Of a stretch of DNA of 64,000 bases, positions 26,030 to 36,359 are shown piece by piece (the first letter of the stretch is position 1; every line of letters begins with the position of its first letter). The stretch spans positions 141,856,001 to 141,920,000 of the forward strand of contig NW_027362770.1 in NCBI RefSeq assembly GCF_046119375.1, written 5' to 3'. The notes beneath the pieces are model-generated. The model saw nothing but the letters and a program-made list of their open reading frames with translations, was not told the origin of the DNA and did not search any database. Source of the stretch: Phyllobates terribilis. Its lineage: Eukaryota. The position numbers were made by a program, and so were the translations under genes.

Positions 26030-28080
26030 CGGTGCTGGAACCCAGGGTAAATACTAAAAACAGAGTGGAGCCAGAGGCGTAATTGGAGCAACTTTAAAAT
26101 CTGTAGTAGTGTGAATGTGGACAGAGCAGGAGAATTTGCCGGACACACAGCAGGGGAACAGCTGACGTTACTGAACCCCAATAACACTGGAGCAAGCGTT
26201 GACTGTGCAGACGGCACTTCTGAGCAGCAACTAGCGGTATTGGAGCCCAGGGTAAATACTAAAAACAGAGGAGCCAGAGGTGTAATTGGAGCAAGTTTTA
26301 AATCAGTAGTACAGTGGATGTGGACAAAGCAGGAGAATTTGCCGGACACACAGCTGGGGATCAGCTGACGTTACTGAACCCCAATAACACTGGAGCAAGC
26401 GTTGACTGTGCAGACGGCACTTCTGAGCAGCAACTAGCGGTATTGGAGCCCAGGGTAAATACTAAAAACAGAGGAGCCAGAGGTGTAATTGGAGCAAGTT
26501 TTAAATCAGTAGTACAGTGGATGTGGACAAAGCAGGAGAATTTGCCGGACACACAGCTGGGGATCAGCTGACGTTACTGAACCCCAATAACACGGCAGCA
26601 AGTGTTGACTGTGCAGACAGCACTTCTGAGCGCCAACTGGCGGTGTTGGAGCTCAGGGATAATACTGAAAACAGAGGAGCCAAAGGTGTAATTGGAGCAA
26701 CTTTGAAATCTGTAGTAGTGTGAATGTGGACAGAGCAGGAGAAATTGCCGTCCGCACAGCAGGGGAACAGCTGACGTTACTGAACCCCAATAACACGGCA
26801 GCAAGTGTTGACTGTGCAGACAGCACTTCTGAGCGCCAACTGGTGGTGTTGGAGCTCAGGGATAATACTGAAAACAGAGGAGCCAGAGGTGTAATTGGAG
26901 CAACTTTAAAATCTGTAGTAGTGTGAATGTGGACAGAGCAGGAGAAATTGCCATCCGCACAGCAGGGGAACAGCTGACGTTACTGAACCCCAATAACATG
27001 GCAGCAAGTGTTGACTGTGCAGACAGCACTTCTGAGCGCCAACTGGCGGTGTTGGAGCTCAGGGATAATACTGAAAACAGAGGAGCCAGAGGTGTAATTG
27101 GAGCAACTTTAAAATCTGTAGTAGTGTGAATGTGGACAGAGCAGGAGAAATTGCCATCCGCACAGCAGGGGAACAGCTGACGTTACTGAACCCCAATAAC
27201 ACGGCAGCAAGTGTTGACTGTGCAGACAGCACTTCTGAGCGCCAACTGGCGGGGTTGGAGCTCAGGGATAATACTGAAAACAGAGGAGCCAGAGGTGTAA
27301 TTGGAGCAACTTTAAAATCTGTAGTAGTGTGAATGTGGACAGAGCAGGAGAAATTGCCGTCCGCACAGCAGGGGAACAGCTGACGTTACTGAACCCCAAT
27401 AACACGGCAGCAAGTGTTGACTGTGCAGACGGCACTTCTGAGCGCCAACTGGCGGTGTTGGAGCTCAGGGATAATACTGAAAACAGAGGAGCCAGAGGTG
27501 TAATTGGAGCAACTTTAAAATCTGTAGTAGTGTGAATGTGGACAGAGCAGGAGAAATTGCCATCCGCACAGCAGGGGAACAGCTGACGTTACTGAACCCC
27601 AATAACACGGCAGCAAGTGTTGACTGTGCAGACAGCACTTCTGAGCGCCAACTGGCGGTGTTGGAGCTCAGGGATAATACTGAAAACAGAGGAGCCAGAG
27701 GTGTAATTGGAGCAACTTTAAAATCTGTAGTAGTGTGAATGTGGACAGAGCAGGAGAAATTGCCATCCGCACAGCAGGGGAACAGCTGACGTTACTGAAC
27801 CCCAATAACACGGCAGCAAGTGTTTACTGTGCAGACAGCACTTCTGAGCGCCAACTGGCGGTGTTGGAGCTCAGGGATAATACTGAAAACAGAGGAGCCA
27901 GAGGTGTAATTGGAGCAACTTTAAAATCTGTAGTAGTGAGAATGTGGACAGAGCAGGAGAATTTGCCGGACACACAGCAGGGGAACAGCTGACGTTACTG
28001 AACCCCAATAACACGGCAGCAAGTGTTGACAGTGCAGACGGCACTTCTGAACGCCAACTGGCGGTGTTGGAGCTCAGGGA
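26030..28080. repeat. 203-bp tandem array (~10 units) downstream of the hAT transposase stop codon
   Basis: Repeated 68/85-aa ORFs start at 26111, 26314, 26517, 26720, 26923, 27126, 27329, 27532 and 27735, a period of 203. Confidence 0.95.
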
Positions 28081-28145
28081 TTACAGTTCAGGTGGTAGAA
28101 ACATGAACATTACAGGAGACCTGGATACTGTTGCCAACCAATTAT

Positions 28146-31100
28146 TTATTCTGGAAGAGGACTGGCAAATTCATGAGAGATCCAGGCCTTGTTCATTTTG
28201 AGAAAAGTAAGCCGGTCAACGTTATCGGAGGATAGTCGCATGCGACGGTCTGTTAGTACACCACCTGTGGCACTAAAGACGCGTTCCGATAATACACTAG
28301 CAGCAGGGCAAGCTAGCACCTCCAATGCATACTGGCTAAGCTCTGGCCATGTATCCAGCTTACAGACCCAAAACTTGAAGGGAGAAGAGCCGTCTGGGAG
28401 TACACTGAGAGGGCAAGACATGTAGTCTGTCACCATCTGACGGAAACGTTGCCTCCTGCTGACTGGAGCCGTCAGTGATGGTGTAGACATTTGTGGCGGC
28501 GGGCACACAAAACTTTGCCACATTTGGGCCATACTGGTCTTGCCTTGTGCTGAGGCGCTGCTTCTGCTCCCTCTTTGTGCAGAGCTTCCTCCACTGCCTC
28601 GACGCACTGAGCTGCTTTGTAAAGCACTAGCAGCACTGCTCTCGGTTGGAATGGAGAACATGATGGAATGCACCAGTGTGTCTTGGTACTCCCGCATTTT
28701 ACTCTCCCGGTTCAAGGGTGTTATGAGGCTTTGTAAGTTGTCCCGGTAGCGAGGATCTAGGAGGGTGGACACCCAGTAATCAGCCGTGTTGAGAATGTGG
28801 GCGATGCGGCGGTCGTTTCTCAGGCACTGCAGCATGAAATCAACCATGTGCTGCAGACTGCCAACTGGCCAAGAAATGCTGTCCCCTGCTTGAGGCGCGA
28901 TCTCTGCCTGCTCTGCATCACCCCACCCTCGCTCTAGATACTGACTACTAGAGCATTGTGTACCTCCCTCCTCTGGACAGATGTCTTCCTCCTCCATTGA
29001 CTCCTCCTCATCCTCCTCACAAAGTGTCCCCTGCCTAGGCCTTTGTGAGGAACCACGTTGCGCAGACTGTAGAGAAGCAGATGGCATTTGTGACTCCTCA
29101 TCCTCCACCTCTTCCAAAACCTCCTCCCTTAGTGCTTGCAGTGTTTTTTCAAGCAGGCAGATAAGGGGGATAGTCATGCTGACTAGTGCATCATCTGCAC
29201 TCGCCATCCGCGTGGAATAATCGAAGGCACGCAAAACGTGGCAAATGTCCTTCATAGAGGCCCACTCAGTGGTGGTGAAGTGTGAACGGCGCGCACTGCG
29301 ACTTGTTTGCGCCTGCTGCAGCTGGTACTCCATTACTGCTGCCTGCTGCTCACACAACCTCTCCAACATATGTAACGTTGAATTCCACCTGGTGGGTAGG
29401 TCACATATGACGTGATGTTCCGGAAGACGTAATCGGCGCTGCAGAGCTGCAATGCGTGATCTTGCATTGCTGGAACGCCGCAAGTGAGCGCACTCTATGC
29501 GGACCTTGTGAAGCAGTGCATCAAGATCTGGATAGTCCCTCAAAAAACTCTGCACGACCAAGTTGAGCACATGTGCCAGACATGGGATGTGAATGAGGTT
29601 GCCTAGGCCCAGAGCTGCCACCAGATTTCGGCCATTGTCACACACTACCATGCCTGGCTGGAGATTCGCTGGCACAAACCACACGTCGCTCTGCTGCTTG
29701 ATGGCATTCCAGAGCTCCTGCGCTGTGTGGCTTCGATTCCCCAAAGAAATTAATTTTAATACGGCCTGTTGACGTTTGGCCACGGCTGTGCTCATATCGG
29801 TCATCATAACAGGTAACCGTTCACGGGTTGATGTGGAGGTAGACCGTGACGGCTCCTGCAGCGCTGATTCAGAGGAACTGGAGTATGAGGAGGAGTCAAT
29901 GTGTACAGACTGGATTCCTGCAATCCTTGGAGTTGGCAGAACACGTACAGCGCCACTCTCAAGATCTGTACCCGGCTCCACAACATTTACCCAATGGGCA
30001 GTGAGGGAAAGGTATCGTCCCTGTCCATGCTTACTGGTCCACGCATCGGTGGTCAGGTGGACCTTGCTGCTGATGGCGTTTTGTAGCGCATGTTTAATTT
30101 TTCCCTCCACATGCTGCTGCAGGGCAGGGACAGCTTGCCTGCTGAAATAAAAGTGGCTGAGCACGTTGTATTGTGGGACTGCCAATGCCATAAAGTTACG
30201 GAAGGTGTCAGTCTCCACCAGCCTGAATGATAGCATTTCAAGGGCCAGTAGTTTAGCAATGCCAGCATTCAGAGCCTGCGCTCGGGGGTGGTTTGCCGAG
30301 TATGGGCGCCTTTTCTCCCATGCCTGTGCTAATGATGGCTGTAGACTGGCCTGGGAGTGTGAGGATGACAGGGAAAGTGGTGCTGTGGGTGGAATTACAC
30401 TGTGTCTCTGTACAACAGTGCCAGAGATTCTTCCATGGCGATCCTGTGAGGAAGCCGAACCAGCTGTGTGTGAGCTGGAGGAAGAGGCTACAACACGAGC
30501 TGAAGAGGTGGTAGGTGGCACTGTAGGTTGGCCTAGGTCTTCAGTGTATTTTTGTAACTCCACCATGTGCTTGGTCCGCACATGTTTCCACATATTTGTG
30601 GTATTGAGGTTGCTGACACTTTTCCCTCTTTTCACCTTCTGATTACACAGCTTGCATTTGACAAAGCAAATGTCATCTGCAACTGTGTCAAAAAAGGACC
30701 AGGCACTGCAAGTCTTGGGAGCGCCCGCTTTGGATTTTGGAAGAGCCATGCTCCTAATGGGTGCCGAAGTGGAGGCTACAGGCAACCAAGTCTGCCCCCT
30801 CCCTCTCACTCCTTTTTGGGCCGTTCGGGGAATCTCTTCCTCAGAGCTGCTCCCACCACCTTCCTGTCCCTCACGCCATGATGGGTCAAGGACCTCATCA
30901 TCTACACCACCCTCTTCAAACAACTGCTTCTCCTGGGTGGTCTCGACAGCACAGTACGCACCAGAAAGTGGCACCTGAGTCTCATCATCAGATGCGTACT
31001 GAGGTGTGCTGCTGACCATAGGCACTGGCCCACCCGCCTCTTCAGATTCAGAGAGACAAAACGGTTGTGCATCACTGCATACTACCTCTTCTTCTTCAAA

Positions 31101-31541
31101 TTCTCGAATTCTGCTTGGCTGGCCCCCTCTTTCCAAGCAAAGAGATTCAGAGAACAGAAGTAGAGATGGCTCCTGTCCAGGGCTCTCTGACTGCCTGGGC
31201 AATTTGACAGGTGGTGAAGAGACAGATGGGTGCTCTTCAGTGCTCAGGACCTGAGAGGATCTGGAACTAATTGAAGTCGATGCGTTAGCTGCCATCCATC
31301 CGACAACGGCTTCAATTTGGTCCTCCCGCAGCAGTGGGGTACGGCTAGCTCCTACAAAGCTGCGCATAAAGGACTGTTCCCTGGTAAAACTGGGGGATGC
31401 TGAGTCACTGGTGCCCGCAGCAGGCACAGAATCCCCACGTCCTCTCCCTGCAGGCACAGAATCCTCACGTCCTCTCCCTGCAGAAACTCCACGCCCACGA
31501 CCACGACCACGACCACATGCCTTACTCCCTGCCTTCTTCAT
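28146..31541 (-). CDS. hAT transposase, 1131 aa (BED zinc finger, DDE RNase H fold, C-terminal dimerisation domain; ZBED1/4/6-like)
   Basis: BED motif AWSFF...CKLC...MWKHVRTKH; catalytic motifs LTTDAWTS, VCDNGRNL, CLAHVLNL (CxxH), TRWNSTLHML and ACPAASVLSERVFS. No stops or frameshifts. Confidence 0.95.
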   Translation of the reverse strand: MKKAGSKACGRGRGRGRGVSAGRGREDSVPAGRGRGDSVPAAGTSDSASPSFTREQSFMRSFVGASRTPLLREDQIEAVVGWMAANASTSISSRSSQVLSTEEHPSVSSPPVKLPRQSESPGQEPSLLLFSESLCLERGGQPSRIREFEEEEVVCSDAQPFCLSESEEAGGPVPMVSSTPQYASDDETQVPLSGAYCAVETTQEKQLFEEGGVDDEVLDPSWREGQEGGGSSSEEEIPRTAQKGVRGRGQTWLPVASTSAPIRSMALPKSKAGAPKTCSAWSFFDTVADDICFVKCKLCNQKVKRGKSVSNLNTTNMWKHVRTKHMVELQKYTEDLGQPTVPPTTSSARVVASSSSSHTAGSASSQDRHGRISGTVVQRHSVIPPTAPLSLSSSHSQASLQPSLAQAWEKRRPYSANHPRAQALNAGIAKLLALEMLSFRLVETDTFRNFMALAVPQYNVLSHFYFSRQAVPALQQHVEGKIKHALQNAISSKVHLTTDAWTSKHGQGRYLSLTAHWVNVVEPGTDLESGAVRVLPTPRIAGIQSVHIDSSSYSSSSESALQEPSRSTSTSTRERLPVMMTDMSTAVAKRQQAVLKLISLGNRSHTAQELWNAIKQQSDVWFVPANLQPGMVVCDNGRNLVAALGLGNLIHIPCLAHVLNLVVQSFLRDYPDLDALLHKVRIECAHLRRSSNARSRIAALQRRLRLPEHHVICDLPTRWNSTLHMLERLCEQQAAVMEYQLQQAQTSRSARRSHFTTTEWASMKDICHVLRAFDYSTRMASADDALVSMTIPLICLLEKTLQALREEVLEEVEDEESQMPSASLQSAQRGSSQRPRQGTLCEEDEEESMEEEDICPEEGGTQCSSSQYLERGWGDAEQAEIAPQAGDSISWPVGSLQHMVDFMLQCLRNDRRIAHILNTADYWVSTLLDPRYRDNLQSLITPLNRESKMREYQDTLVHSIMFSIPTESSAASALQSSSVRRGSGGSSAQRGSRSSASAQGKTSMAQMWQSFVCPPPQMSTPSLTAPVSRRQRFRQMVTDYMSCPLSVLPDGSSPFKFWVCKLDTWPELSQYALEVLACPAASVLSERVFSATGGVLTDRRMRLSSDNVDRLTFLKMNKAWISHEFASPLPE

Positions 31542-31894
31542 CTTGGTAGACTGATAAAGATAGGCAGAAAAGTACTAAGGGCTTAGTGTGCTTATTCCTG
31601 AACAGCTGCTAACAGGTATAAGAAACACTAATTTTATAAAGTGTGGACTAGACTTTAATATGAGCTAATGTGGCCTACACAACTGTAAAGTGGAGTGTTT
31701 GGTGAACTTTATTTAGGTTTTTTTTACACAAAAAGACACTGGATGTGCCCAAAGATGTAATACCGATAGTATCACAAACTTTTTGTAGCTATTACAATGT
31801 AGGCAGGTAACCTACAATGCAATAGATGAGGCTACAAAAAATAGGCTAATACTAATCTGGCTGGGGCTGCAGGGCCCAATGCTGCAGAAAGGCT

Positions 31895-32420
31895 CCTCTA
31901 ACTACTCCTATATAGTGTGTTTGGAACCAATGTAGCTGAATACGGATGGAACCACCACACTAATAGGAGAAATCAGGAAAAATGTTCAATTAGCAAAAAA
32001 GGACAATGTATGAGGCAGTGACGCACGCTGAGCGCACTACAACCAGACGTGGCTGAAGCACACACTACAGGGTGAGCTGCACTCACACACCAGACCTTGC
32101 AGACAGGCGTGAACAGTGCAGATGCAGAGCACTGTGCACTAGCGCTGCAAGACAAAAAAAAATTCTCTATCTACTCCTATATAGTGTGTTTGGAACCAAT
32201 TTAGCTGAATACGGATGGAACCACCACACTAATAGGAGATATCAGGAAAAATTATGAATTGGCAAAAAAGGACAATGTATGAGGCAGTGACGCACACTGA
32301 GTGCACTACAACCAGACGTGGCTGCAGCACACACTACAGGGTGAGCTGCACTCACACACAGAGACCTTGCAGACAGCGGTGAACAGTACAGAGAACTGTG
32401 CACTAGCGCTGCAAGGCACA
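31895..32420. repeat. ~268-bp tandem duplication in the hAT 5' subterminal region
   Basis: CTATATAGTGTGTTTGGAACCAAT.TAGCTGAATACGGATGGAACCACCACACTAATAGGAGA occurs at ~31908 and ~32176. Confidence 0.85.
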
Positions 32421-33465
32421 GCGATTTATAAAGTAGCTTGGGTAAAGCAGAATAGACCAAATAGGTAGCTAAAACTGTCCCTCAGAACAACAGCGTCCTA
32501 TCCCTAACTGAATTAACAGCAGAGTGAGCTCAAAATGGCGGCGGCGGCTTTTATAGTGCATCATGACATCATTTCAGCAGCCAATCACAGCCATGCCATT
32601 AGTTAACATGCCTACATGCCTAACAGGATGTGCCCACACTTCTTAGGATCCTCAATGGCTGAATAAAATGAAAATGGCTCATTGCATTATGGGAACTTCC
32701 GATTCCGGTATACGATATTGTAAAAGTATCGGAATGCTCAACACTAGACTTAAATATGAGTGTCTGAGCAAAGGGTCTGAATACTTATGACCATGAGATA
32801 TTTCAGTTTTTCTTTTTTAATAAATTTGCAAAAATTTCTACATTTCTGTTTTCTTCAGTCAAGATGGGGTGCAGAGTGTACTTTAATGAGAAAAAAATGA
32901 ACTTTTTAGAATTTACCAAATGGCTGCAATGAAACAAAGAGTGAAAAATTTACAATATATCGATAATACCACAAACATTGAAAAAAATTATATGGTCATG
33001 GTGTTGTGGTATTATTACAACATAGAGTTTTACCACCATCCTGTTACTGAACAAAACTCTCAATACCAAGACAGAAAAACCCAGCAATAAGATAATTTTC
33101 TAAGTAATACTTATATAGTTACCAAAAAAACAAATATTATCCCCATACAATTGTAGCACCCTGAGGATTCGGCTGCTACAGGGGTATTGCACCTCAACCC
33201 AGAGGTGTGATATTCCACTCCCGGGTAAGGAAGGAGTGTGGAACTGAGCTCGGTAGGCTGCATGCACTACACACATCCCATTTCCGAGGAGCAGACCGAC
33301 GGTACTCCCACTTAGAAATGTGCAGGTACGACCGAGTCTGTTCCTGGCTGGAGTGGGAGGGGGGGTGGTACATCCCAAGTAGTGTAGGGGCAGATAGGGG
33401 GAGCAGCCTGGGTAAAGATAGGAGCTCATTGGGTGCTGGTCACCTGAGCTCACACATAGAGGGTG

Positions 33466-33472
33466 TATATAA
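33466..33472 (+). promoter_or_regulatory. LTR TATA box (TATATAA), with an inverted CCAAT about 38 bp upstream
   Basis: TATATAAGGTGGGCACC is conserved in the LTRs of elements 1, 2, 3 and the solo LTR. Confidence 0.6.
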
Positions 33473-33969
33473 GGTGGGCACCAACTAAGAACAGGGTCAG
33501 TTGCAGAGAGAAAGTCAGCGAGCGGAGGAGAAGAGAGACCCAGAGTGAGAGAGGAGAGAGAGAGACCCAGAGGGGGGAAACAGAAGAAAAGGACTCCAAG
33601 AACCCAAATTAAATCCCCGGGTGAAGAGTCGGCACAGGGTACCGGAACCCAAGCTGGTGGGGGGCAAAAACACACCCCAGCCAGAGACCGGAGACCGTGG
33701 GCAGCGTTTGCCACGGTCACCCACCACATCCACCACGAAGGCATACCACGTGGAGGGTCAGGGAACCCGAGGCCAAGGGTCTCCCAACAGAAGGCCCGAG
33801 GGAGCTGGACCTGGGTGGATCAATAGTGGGGACGGCCAGAGAACGGACAGAAGGAGAGCTCAGGGTCACGCTCCGGACTTATTTGGGGGTTGGCTGGATC
33901 CAGAACCTGGTGGACGCAGCACGGCTCGGGAGGTCACTCGAAGCTGGAGTGACCAGAACATCAGCAGTG

Positions 33970-33975
33970 AGTAAA
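33970..33975 (+). promoter_or_regulatory. Candidate LTR polyadenylation signal AGTAAA
   Basis: AGTAAA is at the equivalent position in elements 1 and 3, the solo LTR and the 494 LTR. The assignment is inferred from position only. Confidence 0.45.
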
Positions 33976-34316
33976 CATCCTAAACTGCATAACCCGACTC
34001 TGTCTCTGATTGCCGTCTACACTGCATCACCACAACTCCCATCCTCTGCACCTGATCCCCCTGAGGCTATACCCCTCCCGTTGGGGGTTATCCTATCAAG
34101 CTGCACCAACACCACCAGCCTCAGCGGACCCTGCTGCAGCGGCGGCCACAGTGACCGCAACACAACGGGTGGCGTAGTCGACATTAAGAACTTAATAACA
34201 TCTGTAGGACTGCCACATACAACTGAGTTTGACACCCTGGGCACGGACCGGGTCACAGCCACTCGGAAGACTACAACCCCCATCTGATCCGGCTCCGGAT
34301 ATTCCCCCTAAAGAAT

Positions 34317-36359
34317 ATGGCCCAGGGGGCGCGTCAACTTTGGCGTAGTCGGCAGGATTACGTGCCCGCAACACCCGGGTACTGCGTGCCTGAAGGAAAG
34401 TGCAAGTTTACCTCAAGAAGAAGTCTCCTGCCGGTTCCGGAGGGTCCCCGCCATCGGACCCCATCACCAGTCGATTCCAGCCGGTTGTCCGCCATTAACA
34501 GCGTTTTCCCGCCATCTGCAGAGTTTCCCGCCACTGGGAAGCGATTCCCGCCATTTCCAAAGGTTTCCCGCCTTGGAAGAGCGGACGCCATTATGGGCGT
34601 GCCAGAGGGTGGCGAGAGGCCACCTCCCATCGTGGGCCAGGACCGAAAATGGCGCCAAAAGTGGAAACCGCCCCCACCAACAGAGACTGTGATGCTAGAG
34701 GTGTCTGTCAGCGTGAAAGAACCGCCCCTGGAGCTGACAGTCACCAAGTGGCCCCGGGACCGCCCTCGAAGTGGGAGGAGACGAAAAAAAAGAACGAAGA
34801 TGGGTGCCGCCTGGAGCAGTCTGGAGCGAGCGCACCCGGAGGCAAGAAGCCTGGAGAAGAGTAGCAGAGAAGCTCACCCGGAGATGGCGAGAGAGCAGAG
34901 CAGCACCGGCCCGCTGGCCAGGAGCCTGCTGGAAGAAGAGCAGAGCAGCACCGACCCGTTGGTCAGGAGCCTGCTGGAAACCACGACCCCACTAGGCCTA
35001 GTGGAGGTCCTTGCACAGCTCCCCCGAGACCGGGAGTGTGCACAGACCGCTCTGGAGGGCCTCGCACGGAGGATGGCCCGGGTACAGCGAGAGACATTGG
35101 CGGAGTGGAGCCGAGAGATGGCCCAGCAAACCAAGACCCGGAGCACGCCAGCCAAGATGAGGAGACAGACCGCCTCTGAGGATGGCGCGGGAGGACCCAA
35201 GGCCGGAGACGGCGCCGAGAAGGGAGCCGAACGCATGGAGGCAGGTAAAGGGGACGTCTATACCCCAAACCGGGACACCGCTTACCTGCCCCAGCTCCCC
35301 GTCGCAGAGCCCGAAAGTCCCCCTGCTGTGCCCGAAAACGCCATGTCACCGACGCAGACTAGGCCCCAACCGGAAGCCGCCGCCGCGACCCCTGTGACGC
35401 CATGCGCACCGACCCCGAGCGTGGCAAAACAGGAAGTAACACCAGCCTGGTCGCAGGGCCTAGAATTCCCGGGCGTCGCATCACCAACAGCGCCCCCTAC
35501 CTCCGCGGAGCCTCCGGCCTAGCCGCAAGGCCAGGTAGCCCAGGGCGCCGCCGTCCTAACGGTGCCCTTCACCTTCCAGGTGCCCCAGGCCTGGCCGCAA
35601 GGCCTGGGCAACCCGGGCGCCACCACCACCGCGCCCGCACCCGTAAAACCAAGGGTGCCGCGTCTGGGAGAGGACTTGTTTGCCCAGCACACGTGGCCGG
35701 ACGGGCAGCCTTTCATCTGGCCCCAGAAATATTATGAACTGGAGCACCAGAGGAGAGTTGGGGCCATGTGTGCACCCCTGATTCCGGCTCCGAAGCCCGT
35801 GATAAGGATCTCGTCCCCGCTTGAAGAGACCCAATTTGAGTGGGACCCCACCGGAGAAGACCTAATGGGGTTCACTCAAGAAACCAGGGCAGCTGCAGCG
35901 GAGCGTGCTGAGTGCTGCCGACAGCAGCTCGAGGAGTTTGCGAGGGAGCGGAGAGAGAGGCGGGTCCGGGAACAACAGGCCCAAATAAGGAGCGCCGAGC
36001 AGAAGAGCCGAACCAGGAGGGACCCCCGTGCAGCGCACAGTCCCCGCACCACCGGGACTGTAATTAAGTTCAACATGCAGCATGGGTGGGGCTTCATCAG
36101 AGACCACAACACCCCCGGCAACGTCTTTGTCACGCGCAGAGATGTGGAGTCCCATCTGCCGGAGGGGCACAGAGGTCGTGACCTTTATATCGGGGACGAG
36201 GTCACCTTTACCCGGCACAAGTGTGCCAAAGGACCTTACGCCCTCCATGTGCATCGCCTGACAGAGGAGGAGCTGCGATGTGAGGAGGAAGAGCAAGAGG
36301 ATCCGGACGGGTCTGAAGCTGAGATCCCCAAAGAAGGAGCAGGAGGAAGACGTTGTTGA
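34317..36359 (+). pseudogene. Single ~680-codon ORF with a C-terminal cold-shock domain (36051-36260), interrupted by one TGG>TAG stop at 35520-35522
   Basis: ORFs 34317-35522 and 35562-36359 are in the same frame, and element 3 has TGG at the homologous codon. CSD: TGTVIKFN..HGWGFI (RNP1)...NVFVT (RNP2)...GDEVTF..KGPYALHV. The start codon is uncertain (alternative ATG of MGVPE near 34593). Confidence 0.85.
34341..34358 (+). promoter_or_regulatory. Primer-binding site complementary to the 3' 18 nt of tRNA-Ser
   Basis: TGGCGTAGTCGGCAGGAT is the reverse complement of the vertebrate tRNA-Ser(AGA/TGA class) 3' end AUCCUGCCGACUACGCCA. It lies 4 nt after the LTR end. Confidence 0.92.

Larger units (their letters stand above)
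24045..32746 (-). mobile_element. Full-length hAT transposon (8702 bp)
   Basis: Perfect 11-bp TIRs TAGTGTTGAGC/GCTCAACACTA and a perfect 8-bp TSD GACTTAAA (24037-24044 and 32747-32754). Subterminal CCGATA/TATCGG repeats and an intact transposase ORF are present. Confidence 0.95.
22650..32951 (-). mobile_element. Tc1 (DD34E-type) transposon, interrupted by the hAT insertion, with the right-hand TIR truncated
   Basis: TA|CAGTGGGTACGGAAAGTATTCAGACC long TIR at 22650. The matching inverted arm resumes at 32755 and stops at ~32951, about 35 bp short. A transposase remnant lies inside. Confidence 0.9.

Noticed and set aside
26030-28080. CRISPR-like reading of the regularly spaced arrays (also 11180-12140 and 63481-63636)
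   Set aside because: Units are contiguous tandem copies without unique spacers, there are no cas genes, and the context is eukaryotic.
33100-34290. Numerous 70-250-aa ORFs inside the LTRs, duplicated in each LTR copy
   Set aside because: They are GC-rich LTR sequence, and the frames are not conserved between the subfamilies of elements 1, 2 and 3.
35520-35522. TAG as a programmed gag-pol-type readthrough codon
   Set aside because: The homologous codon in element 3 is TGG and is one of three periodic Trp codons. No pol follows, so a point mutation is simpler.
34317-35522. Calling the N-terminal ORF region a Gag/capsid
   Set aside because: No CCHC knuckle, major homology region or other recognisable capsid motif was seen. 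Only a short helical segment is evident, so a profile search is needed.
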